Source: the human T2T-CHM13v2.0 reference genome, Homo sapiens. Taken from it: a stretch of DNA of 64,000 nt. Numbering within the stretch: the stretch's first letter is position 1; every line of letters starts with the position of its first letter. The notes beneath the pieces are model-generated. The model saw nothing but the letters and a program-made list of their open reading frames with translations. It was not told the origin of the DNA and made no database searches. Below are positions 15,433 to 32,198 of the stretch, piece by piece. The stretch covers positions 33,216,001-33,280,000 of the forward strand of contig CP068257.2 in assembly GCA_009914755.4 (NCBI GenBank), read 5' to 3'. The translations under genes and the position numbers were made by a program.

Positions 15433-15854
15433 TGAATGAACTGGAAATATCATACAACCACTTCAAAGGTAAGTGAAAATAAGGTGGTACCAGGAAAATA
15501 TTCAAAGGGCCATAAATCTATGTAGTATCTAGGAACTTATTTCAAATGTTTACTCTTTATTTTAAATAATCAGAATATGACTTTTAAGCCATGGTGAACA
15601 AAAACAAATACAAAATCAAACAAGTATCAAATGTTCGACATTTCAGTATATGGAAGTACACTGAAAGATTTCAATAGCAGTCTGGGTTTTTGTCAATAAT
15701 TGCTTTAATGGAAACTAAGTATATGTATATCATGAAAGTACCAAACCAATGTACTGCCTTTAAATAACTTTCTAGGGGTCTTGAGAGTTGGCAGATTGAT
15801 TCCATTGTGTTACTTTTTGAAAAGGCAAACAGAAAAGAACTTTGCTTTGGGTAC

Positions 15855-16365
15855 ATATATATATATATAAAATATATATATAATATATATTATATATATT
15901 TTTATATATAAAAAATTATATATAATATATATTATATATAAAATATATAATATATATTATATATAGTATATATACTATATTATATATAGTATATATACTA
16001 TATTATATAGTATATATACTATATTATATAGTATATATACTATATTATATAGTATATATACTATATATAATATAGTATATATACTATATATAATATATAG
16101 TATATATAATATATTATATATAGTATATATTATATATAGTATAATATATAATATATATTATATATAGTATAATATATAATATATATTATATATAGTATAT
16201 ATAATATATTATATATAGTATAATATATAATATATAGTATATATATAGTATATATATAATATATTATATATAGTATAATATATAATATATATTATATATA
16301 GTATATATATAATATATATTATAATATATAGTATATATAATATATATTATATATATATATATTAG
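15855..16365. repeat. A (TA)-rich composite microsatellite of about 510 bp ((TA)n, TATAA, AGTATATATACTATATTATAT subunits repeated).
   Basis: The block consists almost exclusively of A/T with higher-order repeated subunits, many of them self-complementary. It is in intron 5. Confidence 0.9.
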
Positions 16366-18712
16366 CTTGGCTTTCACCTATGAATGTGAATCCAGAATAT
16401 TTGGCTATTCATGACAGCAAATTTTACCAGTGACACGGCATAATTTACACATAGAAGTTGATGAAAATATACCATGTGTCAATCATACTATAAAAAAGGA
16501 ATTTCACATCCAACTAAATGTCACTGGCTTGTGATATGTCTGATAATATAGCCATAATGTACGGTAATAGATTATACCTAATTTACCCTTTCTGTATTGC
16601 CAACTTTTCATAATTAATACTTTGATAGCAAAAAAAAGCAAACCTTCTCTAAAAGTTGCCTTTAAAGGAAAAGAATATGCGATGAACAGGAGAACACAGA
16701 AATTGCCAATCAGCTCAAATGAATTTAAATGCAGATATGGTGTAAGGGGGTAGCTTTTACTTATTTAAGCTAAACTGGAATTATTATTATTATTATTACT
16801 ATTATTATTTTGGTGGTAGTAGTGGAATTCCATGAGACCCAGTGTATCAAATTCTTATAATGCCTTTCCTAGTTACATGGCTTACAGGAAAAAACAACAA
16901 CAACAAAAAAAACTGAAGCCTTTGAGAAAACTCAAGGAGAAATTTTTCAAAATGAAAAATGGAAAGTGGCTAGGGTATGAGAAAAATTCTAAATCTACCT
17001 GAAAGCACAGGAGTCGATGTATTTTAATGTGCTGGGATGCTGTGACTGCCAACCGCAATCCATCTGAAAGCTGTGGGTCCATCCATCCCCATGGGAGACG
17101 TGCACCCAATGACAAGGCCTGACCATCCCAGACTGGGGCTGCCCCATCAGACCCCCAAAGGACACAGGCAGCAGGCGGAGCTGCCTTGCACACATGGAAG
17201 GGTCTCCAGTGCTGGTCACTGATTTAGGAAACTCAGTGGGTGGCCGGCCATGTTTATGTGCTTGCAAAGCTTGGCTGCGGCGAGAGATCCCAGGCACGCT
17301 TGGGAGACGCACTGCATTTGCCTAGTACAAGAATTCCGACCCCAAGACACCTGCTACATTACACGTCACGTTTCTAGGACAGTGTGGAGACTTCTGCAGC
17401 TGTGTCATGCCTCTACTGAACAGGACCCATGTGTTAGATCTTAAGCACTGATGTTTGATGTCACCCACACGTGACTTTTCTTTCTGACTTTTTCACAAAG
17501 TGCAACATTTGGGGGCAAGGCCATTTCACCCGTTAGTGACTTAGGAACAGTGCCCAGAGTGTTTCCAGGGCCCATGCTATACTAGAAAAGAAATTTTACT
17601 GGGTCTCAACACAAAACGAAATCCAGAAAAATAAATCAAAATTTATAAATGTTTAATTAAATGTAAAAAAAAAAGTGTACCATTATGGCAACTTCATGAA
17701 TTTTTAAATTTAGGAGCCACAGATCTTTTTTGGTTAAAGTTTTCTCATTTCCAGAAGGATTTCAAGACTAAATCTGAATTATACCTGTCCTCTTTTGAGT
17801 ATGTATTGTGTGCCAGGCATGGTTCTAAGCCACAGAGGCTGCTGCATTCAGCCTTCCAGTGATGTGACGGTGGTACTACCAACTGTCCCCGTTTTGGAGA
17901 GGCTCAGTCAGACCAGCTGCTCCCCCAGGAATCGGCTCTCATAGTGTTAGCAAGTGCCAAAATGGAGACCTCAACCCCTAGTCTTGATTACATGTTGGTG
18001 GCAGAGAAGGCAGGGCAGCCACTTACAGCCAGAGAATTTCAGAACAAATTAGAAAGCCCTTTAAAAACTTTACAGCAAAAAAACGACGTCTATCTCATGT
18101 ACCACCTGAGTGCATGTGGATTTGCCTGATGTGATTTAGGATGGCACTGCCCAGGGAAGGCCTGGAGGCCTCGGCCTCTAAGGGGCCAGTTTACGGGAAC
18201 GAACTTACGGCTTTATTTTGCTGACCATATTTTGTTACCCTTTTTGCATGAGAACTAATTTAGAGATTATCTCGTCCCATTGCCTGGTTCAACAGGAGAG
18301 GAAAATGAAGACGAAAGTATTTAAGATAATTGCTCAAGTTCACACCCACTGGCCTGGTGGCACCAGTGTGAAAACCCAGGTCCCTAAATTCAGGATCCAG
18401 AAAACTTTTTACATGTTTGAAGCTTAAGAAACAGAAGCCTAAATGCAGACAGGGTTTTTTTTTTCTTATGGCATGTCATACAATGAATTCTAACAAGGAC
18501 TGCAATATATTAGTTTAGATCCTGACCTCACTGGTGTGGCATTCAAATTAGTGATATGGTTTTGCGAGGGTCCAGACGGAAAGAGAAATTCAATGTAATG
18601 GTGTAAGTTTCTTCCCTCTTCTCTGCTCCCACATTGGATTGAGAAGGTGCCTAGATCATCTCTTTGGGTTTTCACATTACCTGGAAGGAACTCTTATTTT
18701 GTTTTCTTTCTA

Positions 18713-19151
<439 letters not shown>

Positions 19152-20587
19152 TCAGAGCTGCACCAGGTGGGTTACTGCCGCTTCTGGGACAGAAGCCCAT
19201 TCCCTTCACGGTCCTCTTAGGTTCCCATTCACCCCAGGGGCCCTTTCAGACCTTAACCTCCACTCTAGGGTCAAGGAAGTCTGTATGCATGTAAAATTCT
19301 TCTTCTTGGACTGGTTTGATACTACTAAAAATATTCAACAGAAAGACATTCTAAAATTCGCTGGAAACATTTAGGCACGATTATTATTAATGCTTTAAAA
19401 ACTGCCTTTGCCAAGTCATCAGGTAGTTGAGGAGCTTAACACAGAAGGAATTAAAAGTACCAGGGGGAAGTTCCCCCAGAACTTTCAGCTTGGCCTGAAA
19501 TGCCTTTCAAAGTGGGGAGGAGGGGATGTGAGTCAGGACAGCATTTTCCTCCTCTTTGAGCCTCTGCCTTGCTCCTGCTTTAGGTGGGAGGGGAGGAAGA
19601 ATTACTTTCTAATTCCTGTGTGGATCAGGATTGCATCTAGAAAGAACTAAAGTCCAAGTCCAAATCTGATGAATTCAAGGGAAGAGGAATTAAGTAGCTC
19701 ATCATTCACTACCTGGAAAATACGCTTGAAGCAATTCCCAGTGAGCAATGCGATTGTGGATTGGTAATTACAATCCTGAGATCACAGATCCATAAAACCA
19801 TCTGACATTTTCATAATCATTCAAGAGCAAAGAGTGACACATCTTTTCATCCCCCCGGCGGCTACGTGCTGTGCACACGGGCCCTCCACGAAACCCTTTG
19901 TTAAAGGGGGACCCAGACTTGGACCACTACTCTGCAGGTCACTCCACTTTACCCATCTTTCGTGAAGGCCAACACCGGAAGAAGAGGTCTATGTTGTACA
20001 ACACCCCGGGGTCAGGTCCCCCTTCATGCCAGGTCCCCAAGTGGACCCTGGTGACAGAAGCAGAACCAACTGCTGGCACCTGTGACCAGCATGGCCATGG
20101 CTGTGTATTATGAACTCTGGGGAGGTGTGGGAGGGGAGGGTACTTCCTGCAGCCCTGCCGGGGAAAACACTGATTCCCTCCTGTCAGTACAAAAAAAATG
20201 ATGAATGCCAAAGCAACAGGGCTCTGCTTTCTTGAAGAAAACTGTATGTGACCCAGAACTTTACTGATAAACTCTCCCAATAAAAAATACAGGAATTACA
20301 TTACCATGAAGCTCAAAAAGCGGCCAGTGCAGTTCTTAAAAACAGACCCTGGCATCGGTGCGTGCCAGCATCTGGACGCCTTAGTTTACATGCTGGCTTA
20401 CTAGTTGCGTGACTTTGGGCAAGGTATACGATTTATTTTTTCTTCAATTTCCCTGCCTGTTCTTTTGAAGATTATATAAATTAATATGCGTGAAGCACTG
20501 TGAACAGTGTTGGGCAAATAACACTATTTAATGTTAGCTATTGCTATTATCGAGTATTTTTATGATTAAGAGAAAATAACAATGTGA

Positions 20588-20985
<398 letters not shown>

Positions 20986-21290
20986 ATAGGTACTTTTCAT
21001 GCATTTCTCTTCTTCACTTGAAGCACATTCTCCATATATAAAGATCCTATTTCTCATGTTCACATATATAATAGGTTTGCTATACACACTCAAAGTCATA
21101 GAAGAATTATACTCATATGACATGATCTCAACCAAGTACTTTAAAAAGTAGCTGAGTGAAGATTAGGCCCTTTGATCAACCTATTTTAACTATAACTCCC
21201 TCTAAAAACAAAAATCAGACAGAAAGAAAGCTAGTGCCTCAGGAAGCACTCTACAGTTTGTAAGTAATGGCTCCACCTTACCATCTCTAT

Positions 21291-21487
<197 letters not shown>

Positions 21488-22292
21488 AGCTGCACATTTT
21501 ACCTTACTCCCTAGCTGCCCTCTAAGCCAGTATCCCAGATGTCACCTGATGTATGGATGCTAGAAGCCCCACCCTTAAACAGACCACATCACAAGACTCT
21601 ACGTTAACAGCCTGGTCCTCAAGGACGGGCTGCCCAGAGAGCAGAGGCAACGCTGCCTCCACCCAAAAGGAATCCCGTGAGCTCTAGACATGGTCATCCT
21701 TGCCTGTGAGGAGGGGGGCAGCTGCAGAGGCCTGTCCTTCCCTCCAGGTTTGTACTTCCCGGCATCTGCTGGGTTACACCTTTCCAAAATTACAGCCAGC
21801 TCTTTCACTTTTAAAATAGAAATAACTATATTTAATTAAACAAACAAACAAAAAAATCAAGAGCTCAAGCAGAACACAGTCACGTGAAAGACTCCTTTAA
21901 CCTGGGGACAGACAGAAGTTATCTCAGAAATGGCCAATACGTTAATTAACCTTTTTGATTTTTAATTTAGTTTCTCAATGTTCCAGACGTAACAAACACC
22001 TGACCAGACAGGTAAAGGCTGCCCAATCCATACCACCAGGACCAGCCCCCCAAGACGGGTCAGTTAGGGTCCCCACTGCTCACTCTCCTCAACCTCTCCT
22101 TGGCAAAATATCTTCCTCCATGGCATTGAACCAATTCCTGCATTGAAATTATTTAATGAAATCTCTGTAGAGAAGATGCTTTGGGATCTCAATATTAGCA
22201 TAGAGACACCTAAATTACAGATTTGTGAGCTGAGAGCTGGAGTTTTTCATTAGATCCTAGAAATATAAAACATACATTAAAAAAACAACTCT

Positions 22293-22607
22293 CAGCCATT
22301 CGTAGTAGCTCATGCCTGTAATCCCAGCACTTTGGGAAGCCAAGGTGGGCAGATCACTTGAGGTCAGGAGTTCGAGACCAGGCTGGCCAACATGGTGAAA
22401 CCCCGTCTCTACTAAAAATACAAAAATTAGCTGGGAGTGGTTGTGGGCATCTGTAGTCCCAGCTCCTCCAGAGGCTGAGGCGGGAGAATCGCTTGAACCT
22501 GGGAGTGGGGCAGAGGTTGCAGTGAGCCGAGATTGTGCCACTGCACCCCAGCCTGGGCAACAGAGTGAGACTCTGTCTCAAAAACAAACAAACAAACAAA
22601 CAAAAAA
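22293..22607 (+). mobile_element. Alu SINE with an (AAAC)n tail.
   Basis: GCTCATGCCTGTAATCCCAGCACTTTGGGAAGCCAAGG ... ctgtctcaaaaacaaacaaacaaacaaacaaaaaac. Confidence 0.88.
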
Positions 22608-25299
22608 CTCTCAAATATCCTTTTCTTGAAAAATCCTTTCGCTCTATCTTTTGTGCTTAAGGAGGAGACACTCTCAGTATATCAACAAGCTACTAAGTGC
22701 TCTACGTGCTAACCGAAAACAGAGCCCACCTTGGTGCTGGTAAGAACCCATTCCAGGCAGAGGATACCTTTTGATGGTGCTCTTGCTCCATGATAAAGTT
22801 AATTTTTCAACAATTAATAATTTCTATATTACTCTAAGATATTTCTTAAAATCCTATGGAATATGAGAAAAACAAGTTTTGATTTTCTAAGGGGCAGGTC
22901 CATTACTGTAAAAGAGCAAGAAACCATCTGAAATGAAAAACACTTTAAATTCCCTTTGGCGTATACTTTTGGCTACAGCTTCACCACTGAAAACCCTGGA
23001 AGAGGGGAGGGATGCATCAAGTTTACCCGTCGGCATGAAAAACAGACGAGCTGTGGCACAGCTTCTCATTCTCAGTCCTTAACTTAGTCAGCGGAATGGC
23101 AGGTTGAATGGCAGTTTGTCCCTCCAAATGCCAGATAACTGCTTTATTTAGTTAAGCTTGCACGCATACCTCAAGTCAAAGGCTCCACACCTGCAATGAG
23201 GCACTACCATTTGCCCTTCTATAATAGACAGTCTTCGAGATGAGCCAAATATGCCAGCCAATCATATAAGCCAACTCCTCATTTTAAATGTGAGGATACC
23301 GAGGCCAGGTCAAAGAGTCTATAAGAAAGAAATAGATGATGTACAGACAGTATGGTATGGATAGAGAGATGAACAGATGAATGGACAGGTAGATAAATGA
23401 AGGACAGCACAGAAGTAGACATCAGGAACTCCTCATTCTGTTAACGCTTCATCATCAACTATCTCTTTTAAAGCTAGGCAAACCGTTTCATTTTTCTGGG
23501 GCTATTTTCCCTTACCTATGGGGTGATGATCCTAAAGGCTCTTCTCAGGCCCCTCCTAGCTCTCATTGTCTTTGATTTTATGAAACTAGAGAATTTTCCA
23601 AAATGATTCAATTTGACCTTGGCAATGCCAGGGCCATTTTGCCAGGATTTCCCAGAATTCATTGCACCATAATCATGGAGGGGACTCGGGAGGTCTTATT
23701 CATCCAGAGATCTGGCAACATCTGGGCATCCTGATTTACATGCAGTGTCCTCTCTTTATGTTACACTGGAAAGCAACTGTGAGCAAAGCTTACTATAGAA
23801 AGTTCCCACCCTGAATGAAGACGTTCAAACCATAAGAAACCAGCATACTAAAATTAGCAGTGATGGCCCCTCTTGCTTCACAGGGCAAATAGAAAAGTCA
23901 GCATTACCCAAGTCAACCTGGGAGTCTGCATGCACTTGGCTTTTTTCTAGAAGTCCCTTGTAAAATGTGAGACTTTCTACCTGGGGCTATTGCACCTCTA
24001 TATATCATACTTATACTTATTCCACGCATTTAGTTTTTCCCCAGGCCCCAAATTCCATTTGGCAGGGAAGACTGTGTAAAAATGGATGCTTCTTTGGCGC
24101 AAATCCCTTCTGTCTGCTCAGAGGGTGCTTCTCCATATAACAACTGTTTTCTTAAGTTGTAAAACAGCAGGGGCAGAGTAAACTGTATATACAGCCAGAC
24201 CGTTACAATCACATAGACATCTTTTTTCCCCTCTGACTGCCAATTCTTAAAAGTCAGAGTCGCCACCATTTGTTTTCTGAAGCTCAATAACTTTGTTATT
24301 TCTTTGAATGTTACAGGAAATGCTGGCAGTGAGGCAAAACCCAGCCTTCTTTATGCATGAGGAAATAAGAGAAGTAGAGGGTATACCCAGGGTCACCTGG
24401 CTTCGGCTTCTTCAGGCTGGTCGGCATTTCAACTGTCCCAGAGACGGCTGTTGCTTCTAGTTCTAAATACAGTGGTTCTACAGCCTCCTGAAGGAGCATT
24501 TCTCTAAGTTTAGTTACCCTCAAAGTCGATTTTCTTATACCTAACAACTGCCTCCCTCCCAGCCAGGCACCTTGCCATAATTCAAGCCTGCTTCCTCTTT
24601 GGTCCTCTGTGGAGAACAAACTTGCTTTGGTGTTTATGTTCTGTTTAATGCAGGGTTACATTAACGTAGGAATGTCCAGGTTGACATTCCTACTCTGGAA
24701 ACCTAAGAAGAGCTCACAGTCATTCCTTAGACCTGTGTGGTCCTGTCTGTGTCTATGGCCTGCTTTTCACTCATAAAGAAGAATCAGGGTCTGTTATCAA
24801 GTCCCACAGTCTCCCAAGTCTAGGCATGGCCAGAAAGTCTCGATCAGAAAAAGCTGAGAGGGCCCTCTGGGGAAAAATGCAGTCAGATCTGGAGGGAGTC
24901 ACCGAGCACAGCAAATGGAAGGAAGGGAAAAAGCAGACGAGGAACACCATATCCTGGTGGCCTGCCCCTGGTGGGCATGGTGATTATTTGCAGAGCTCCA
25001 TCCACTCAAGGACTTTGGGAAAGTTGATGCAGCTTGGGGAATGGTTCCAGAAGGTGACCCAGATGCCATGAGGTTGTGGCCAGGACCACAGGGAAGGCTG
25101 CCATAAAAGCTGCCGTGATCACAGGATAGCCTGCAGAGAACTACCTTAAAACCCCACCTAGAAACCACCATGCAGGGAAGGTCATCTAGAGGGGACTGGA
25201 GCAGTAGCCAGGGATGAAAGCAGGGATGCCCTACTGGGGATCACTAACATTTCCTGCCTTCATTCTCTGCATCAGGCACACAGCATCATTTGGCTTGAT

Positions 25300-25390
25300 C
25301 TTATAAAGAAGCTCTCATTATTATCCCCATTTTACAGAAGAGGAAAGTGAGGTTCAGCAAGGCTCTGTAGCTCACTGAAGGCTTAAGAAT
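25300..25390 (-). mobile_element. MIR fragment, minus orientation.
   Basis: ttatccccattttacagaagaggaaagtgaggttcagcaaggctctgtagctcactgaagg. Confidence 0.6.
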
Positions 25391-25913
25391 TCCACTGGCT
25401 TGCCCATAAAGCCCAAATTCTTAACCACTTCATTTTACAACCTGACCTCCCTGCATCTTGGCTTTTGGGGACAGTAGGAAGCCCTGTTTTTCAATATCCC
25501 TCACTCCAAGAAGAGAGTATATTAATTTTCCACCAGGGACCTGATACGGTTTGGAGACATCTGGATGCTGGGCGGGGGTGCTGGGCAGTTCCACAGACCT
25601 GGAACTGTAACCCAGCCTCAGATCCTGGGGAAGGGTGTGGTTCTGGAAAAGAGCGTTACTCTGGTGTTTACTCAAAGATAGTCATTAAGTCACTGTGAAG
25701 ACATCTTTTCTGCAGACTAAACAACCTCACTCATTTTTTTAAAAGCTTCCCTCACAGGAGTTATTTTTTGGTACTATCTTTCTATATTTACTGGTTTTCC
25801 CCAGACATTCTTCTACCCTCCCACTCTCTATCTTAAAAATGCCTGTAATAAGATTTTGATCTGTGCCATAGAAAGAAAAGGGTCATTTTCATAGTTTTCA
25901 TCTCTGGCCCTCA

Positions 25914-26543
<630 letters not shown>

Positions 26544-27384
26544 TCAGCACAAGTTACCAGTTTTGACAACACTCCCGGAATTTTGGCTTTGCTTCAATTC
26601 TGGAATACACACCTATGATAGTTGCCTAAGTGTAACACTTCACATAGTTATATGGCTTTAATGTAATCATCAATAAACAATACAAGATCAAGAAAGATTA
26701 GAATTTATTTTCTGTTAAGTCAGGATTTCCGGAAACCATAGAGTCAGATTGGCAGCTCTCCACTTCTGGTTCCCAACTTCCCTGCTCCCATCTTTCCCAA
26801 TTATTTATAATTCAGGGCAAATAAGAGTAGAAGAAACCATATCCATCTTTCTCTTCTTACTTTGTACCTTTGAAGATCAGGAAAGATAGAATTTCTAAGT
26901 TTGAAAACAGGCTAAATTAGAATCATTCTGTCTATATTTTTAAAAGACGAAGTCTGGCTGATTTTAAATATTATTTGAAAATGCCAGATGTTATTAGAGG
27001 TACTCATGGGATCAGTCAGAATAAAATTGATGACTCATAAATGGACTTAAGTATATGTAACTGACAGACTGAGATTCAATAAGTACTAGTAATAAAAAAT
27101 GCACAAAATTTCCATTACACATTTTACATATATTTATAAAAGGTGAGAAAATCTTCATTGCATAGATTTACTAATCTAAAAACATTTCTTGTTGGTAAAG
27201 TGATTCAGAAGATAAATCTGGCTAGCTGACCTTTGGCAAGTCACTAGACACCTCTATGTTCCTCAGTATCCTTACCAGGAAGATGGTTACATGCAAATTT
27301 TCCTACCTTAGAGAGTTTTAGGGGAGATTAAATGATTTACCGTGAGTAACCCTGTTAAAACAGTTATCTGGCACACGGTATTCA

Positions 27385-27423
27385 ACAGGGTGTGTCTGTG
27401 CGTGTGTGTGTGTGTGTGTGTGT
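27385..27423. repeat. (GT)n microsatellite.
   Basis: gtgtgtctgtgcgtgtgtgtgtgtgtgtgtgtgtatg. Confidence 0.9.
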
Positions 27424-27607
27424 ATGTTGTCTGCTTTATTTCTCTTCTCTGTTTCTCACGGGTCTATAATAGGACCCTAACATTTGATTAAGTCTGATGT
27501 TCAATCTTCCTACATCAATACAGTAGTTCTTTAATCAACATAGTTTCTCCTCTTAATCATGTAGCATAAAGTAAATCAAAGACAGATGAAAGGAAAATAT
27601 TTTCAAT

Positions 27608-27700
27608 TGTCACACATGTCTTAATACAAAGGAAGGCCACAGAAAAACAAATGTCATGCGTGTCTTAATACAAAGGAAGGCCACAGAAAAATGCTCAATG
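27608..27700. repeat. Tandem duplication of about 46 bp x 2 (gtc(a/t)...gtcttaatacaaaggaaggccacagaaaaa...).
   Basis: Two adjacent near-identical copies are read directly. Confidence 0.85.
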
Positions 27701-29959
27701 AAAATATAATCTTTGGCCACAGCAAGCCACGATTCCTAATCGTGAGAAATCTCCACCGAACACTCCCCAAAGATGTGGATTCTATCTGTATTAAAGTCTA
27801 TAATAAAAAGAGCAATAGCAAGTAACAATTAGATGATGAAGGCTGCTCTGCCCATTGTGCCTTTATAACTAAAGTCTCAGCTGACCTGTCCAATAAACGA
27901 GGTGAGGATGCTTCTGGGGAGTGACTTCCATGGAGCAGAGCATCAGGGATGCCAGGAGACTCTGCCTCCAAATCCATCTTTCCCATCAACTGGCCTGTCC
28001 CCAGAACCTAGAGACGAGTCTTGTTGGCCTTTGGGGATTTGCCAGTTTTAGGACATCGTTCAGATGTTATCAGGCGACACTCTGGATGCTTTCCTACCGT
28101 GGCATCTAGCTGAAGGAGAGGACTGGGTAGAAGAGGCCTTGGCCAGGCCCAGCAAGCAGGGTATGTGATGTGATGTGGAGGAAGATGCTGCCGCAGAGGG
28201 AGGCAGGTCCTGGGGGCAACTGCCCATCTCACTGGGCAGTCTCTGGCTTTCCAAGAACAGATCCAGGAGCAATGACAGCCACAGACGGGGAGCAGCCACA
28301 TCCACATGTTCCAGAGCTGACTAACAGATTGTCCTACAAGCCTCATGGTCAGCCTGTTCCCTCTCTGTCAAGAACCCATGAAGGTTATCACCTGTATCAT
28401 CAAGACTGAACTCCAGAACCTGCTTTTAGGATCTTCTCACTAATAAGACCCTGCCCCAAGTAATTTCTCACTCACCCCCTCTCCTCCGCATACCTGACTC
28501 CCAGTGTGCACCCTCCGAGTTCTACCCATGAGCCATGGCATTGAGATGCTGAGGTCTTCCTTCCTCCAGCCACTTCGCCAATCCAAGGCTCCTTGCTGCA
28601 CCCTTCACCCGAGTCTTCCTGCCCTTCAGCATCTGGCAACGGGCAGTCACTCAGTCACTTGTTTTCCAGGCAGCCTTCCTTGATGACTACATTTTGCTTT
28701 ATGGCTGTTTGGGCTGCCTCATAAATCATCCTTCACCTTTGATTATTTAGGGTGTCATACTGAATGCAGTTTGCGGCTGTGTAGACCTAGTCTCCCAGAA
28801 GGTGGGGACCCTTTTCTATATACCCATGTAGCCCTCACAGAAAGGTGGGAAAGGGTGCAAGTGGGAAGGGGCTTTAGGAGAGAGGGGGTATTTAAAATTA
28901 AAAAAAAAAAAGTCCCTTGAGGACACAACAATAGATAATGCCATTGTCCCAGTCCTGAGTAGGTCTAGGGGTGCATGTGGGTGTATGAGAGAGAGAGAGA
29001 GAGAGACTGAGGTGGTTCTTTCAGCAAGAGAGTTACAAGTTTGGGGATGCAATACAAACGATTTTACCTCTCCAGATCTCAGTTTCCTCATCAGCAAAAT
29101 GAGGGGGGTTCATGGGATGCATGCAATGTCCCTTTCAACTCTCTGATTTCATCTTCCAAGAATGCAGCTGGCCTGAGATGCCCATAGCCATGTGCAGGCG
29201 GGCAGGTCCACGTGTGATTCTTCTGTTGCCTACAACTCTAGCACCTCAGTGACTTCATAAAAATACTGTATTTGTTTCCTGGGGCTGCTGTAATAAATTA
29301 TCACAAACTGGGTGGCTTACAACAATAGAAATTAAGACTTTCACAATTCTGGAAGTCAGAAGTCCCAAATCAAGGTGGCAGCAGGGCCACACTCCCCCTG
29401 AGGGCTCTAGGGAGGATCCTTGCCTCTTTCTCGCTTCGGATGGTGGCCAGCATTTCTTGGCGTTTCCTGACTTGCAGCTGCAGCACTCTAGCCTCTGCCT
29501 CCATCTTCACATGACTGTCTTCCTACTGGGTGTCCCCTCCCTCTTCTTAGAAGGACATCAGTCATTGGACTTATGGCCCACCCAAGTCCAGTATGACTTT
29601 ATCTCGATTACACCTGTAAATACCTTAAGCCATATTTTAAGGTTCTAGGTGGACATACACTTTTTGGAGAACACTATTTAACTCAGTACAAATAGCAATG
29701 TAGTAAGAGCTCCCATCATGGCTCTACCAGTGACAACTGCTCTACAGGCACGCGTGTGTTTTACCCTCTGGAACAGTCTTGCTCCGATAGTGGCTCTCCT
29801 ACCACCACGCTATCCACGACTACCCAAATGACAACAAAGAATGGTTGCATTCATAATACTGGCATTTTTAAGTCGTGTAGAACTCACAACTTTTTAAACA
29901 CCTTCCCATATACTATTTCATTTGGTCCTCACACCAATCTCATGAAATAAACAAGATGG

Positions 29960-30050
29960 ATTTTATTGTTCTTGATGAATAGGTAGCAAAGCTAAGGCCC
30001 AGAAAGGTTAAGTAATTTTCCCAAAGTCACACAGCTTTGATATACAGCAA
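29960..30050 (-). mobile_element. MIR fragment, minus orientation.
   Basis: gcaaagctaaggcccagaaaggttaagtaattttcccaaagtcacacagc. Confidence 0.5.
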
Positions 30051-30352
30051 AACTCATATCCCTGAGCTTTCTACTCACTGTTCTTCCGGTTATTATCCCT
30101 GAGGTCATAAATCTCCACCCGCAAACCCAATAGCACCAGTACAAGAAATCTGGACTGGAGATACTTTATCCACACCTACCACTGCCCCAAAAAGTAAAAT
30201 CTGACTCTGTGATTCTAATGTACCAATGGTACTCAACCTGGGTTATAGCTCAAAAGCATTTTCTTACTGAGCTGCGTTTGGGCCTCTGGCAGTTGAGCAC
30301 TCATGACACCCCATCTGGTAAACCACAGACTAACCTATATAATCAGGAGTAA

Positions 30353-30739
<387 letters not shown>

Positions 30740-31789
30740 TAGTAGGTGGGGCGTTTTGGCCAGTCATGTGGTTCTCCCTCACAAAGGGCTCTTGTTTACA
30801 GCTTTGGGTACAAGGACATTTGCTTATTATCTTACAGACACAGTGATGACTTCTTCACAGGTGTAGGTGACATTTTTCCACAGCACGAAAACTGCCTTAC
30901 ACGTCCTTTGTATTCTTCCAATGAGACCCAGCAGAGCCTTGATACTGGGCTGCAGTCAGCAACGGGCGCACCTGACAGGAGCCACATGCTCTGCCCTCCA
31001 CGTGGCCCTGCCCTCTCCGTGGCCCCACCCCATGGCGGCTGGGACACAGCCCTTCTTGGCCAGCATCTGCAGAAGTAGGATCTGTGCCTCGGGGCACACG
31101 TGTTATGAGCCAAATTCCCTCATTGAAATGACCTATAGGCCTGGTATTTTAAGTACATGGGTGTGGAGCACAAAAGACTCTCAAGTGTTTCTCCCAGCGA
31201 GCTGCAGCCGGAATAGTGAGAAATCACAGGAGAGCAAGGGAGGGCAGGTTGGCTAAATAGCAACGGCCCCAAAATGGGCTTTTCAGGACCCAGTGCAGGG
31301 GTGGAAGGATGGGGCTGCTGCCGAGAGGGCCGGTGTTTCTGTTGGCAGCCTGGAGGATCCAAGGCTCCCTGAAGCACTCACTGGCCTTGGTCTGGTGAGG
31401 CCAGCAGAGGCTTTGGTCAGTGCACAGATGGCCCCAGCACTGATCCTGTGTGTGCTGCTGGAAGTCGGCAGCTCTTGGTTCCAGAGGGGGCCACCACGGG
31501 GTCACAGGGTGGCCTGCATGGAAGGAAGCCAAGGAAAGGGGTAAACAAGGGGTAAACACCAAGTCCTTCCTCCTGCTCACTGAACCCTGACCACCACAGC
31601 AGCATCAGTTCCAGCCAGGGCTTGGGTTCCAGGAGGACCATTAGAAGACCATTAGAAGCACCAAACGACACTCATACTGAATAAGAAGGTGAGAACAAAA
31701 AACAACAGGGCAGATGAGGTTTGTCTTGATGTAGGCTTGGAAGCAGTGAGAGAGAAGAATTCCATATAAAATCCCATGAAGGTGGAAAC

Positions 31790-32040
31790 ACAGTGGTGAT
31801 TCATTCAGTGTGGACTCTCAAGGCAACCTACTTAGGTTCAAAACCTCGCTCTGCCACTTGCTAGCTGTGTGACCTCAGGCAAGTTACTTGACCTCTCTGG
31901 GGCCTCAGCTTTGTCATCTGTAAAAGGGGGTTAATAACAGTCATTCCATCTCGTAGCATTGTTCTGCAGGTTAAATGGAATGCTGAATATACAAGCAGAG
32001 CACAGGGAAAGGTCTCAGTAAATGTCAGTGGAATGATCAT
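31790..32040 (+). mobile_element. MIR SINE (nearly full core).
   Basis: ctagctgtgtgacctcaggcaagttacttgacctctctggggcctcagctttgtcatctgtaaaagggggttaataacag ... cacagggaaaggtctcagtaaatg matches the MIR consensus core. Confidence 0.7.
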
Positions 32041-32146
32041 TAAAGACATGATAAAGGTGATTCCACAAAGACCAGAGCTGTGACAGATCCCGTAAGAAGG
32101 AGCTGGGGATGAAGTAGGCACTGACGTCTGACATGAGGAGGGGTTT

Positions 32147-32198
<52 letters not shown>
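32147..32198. repeat. (GT)n microsatellite of about 26 units (intron 4).
   Basis: An uninterrupted gtgtgt... run. Confidence 0.95.
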
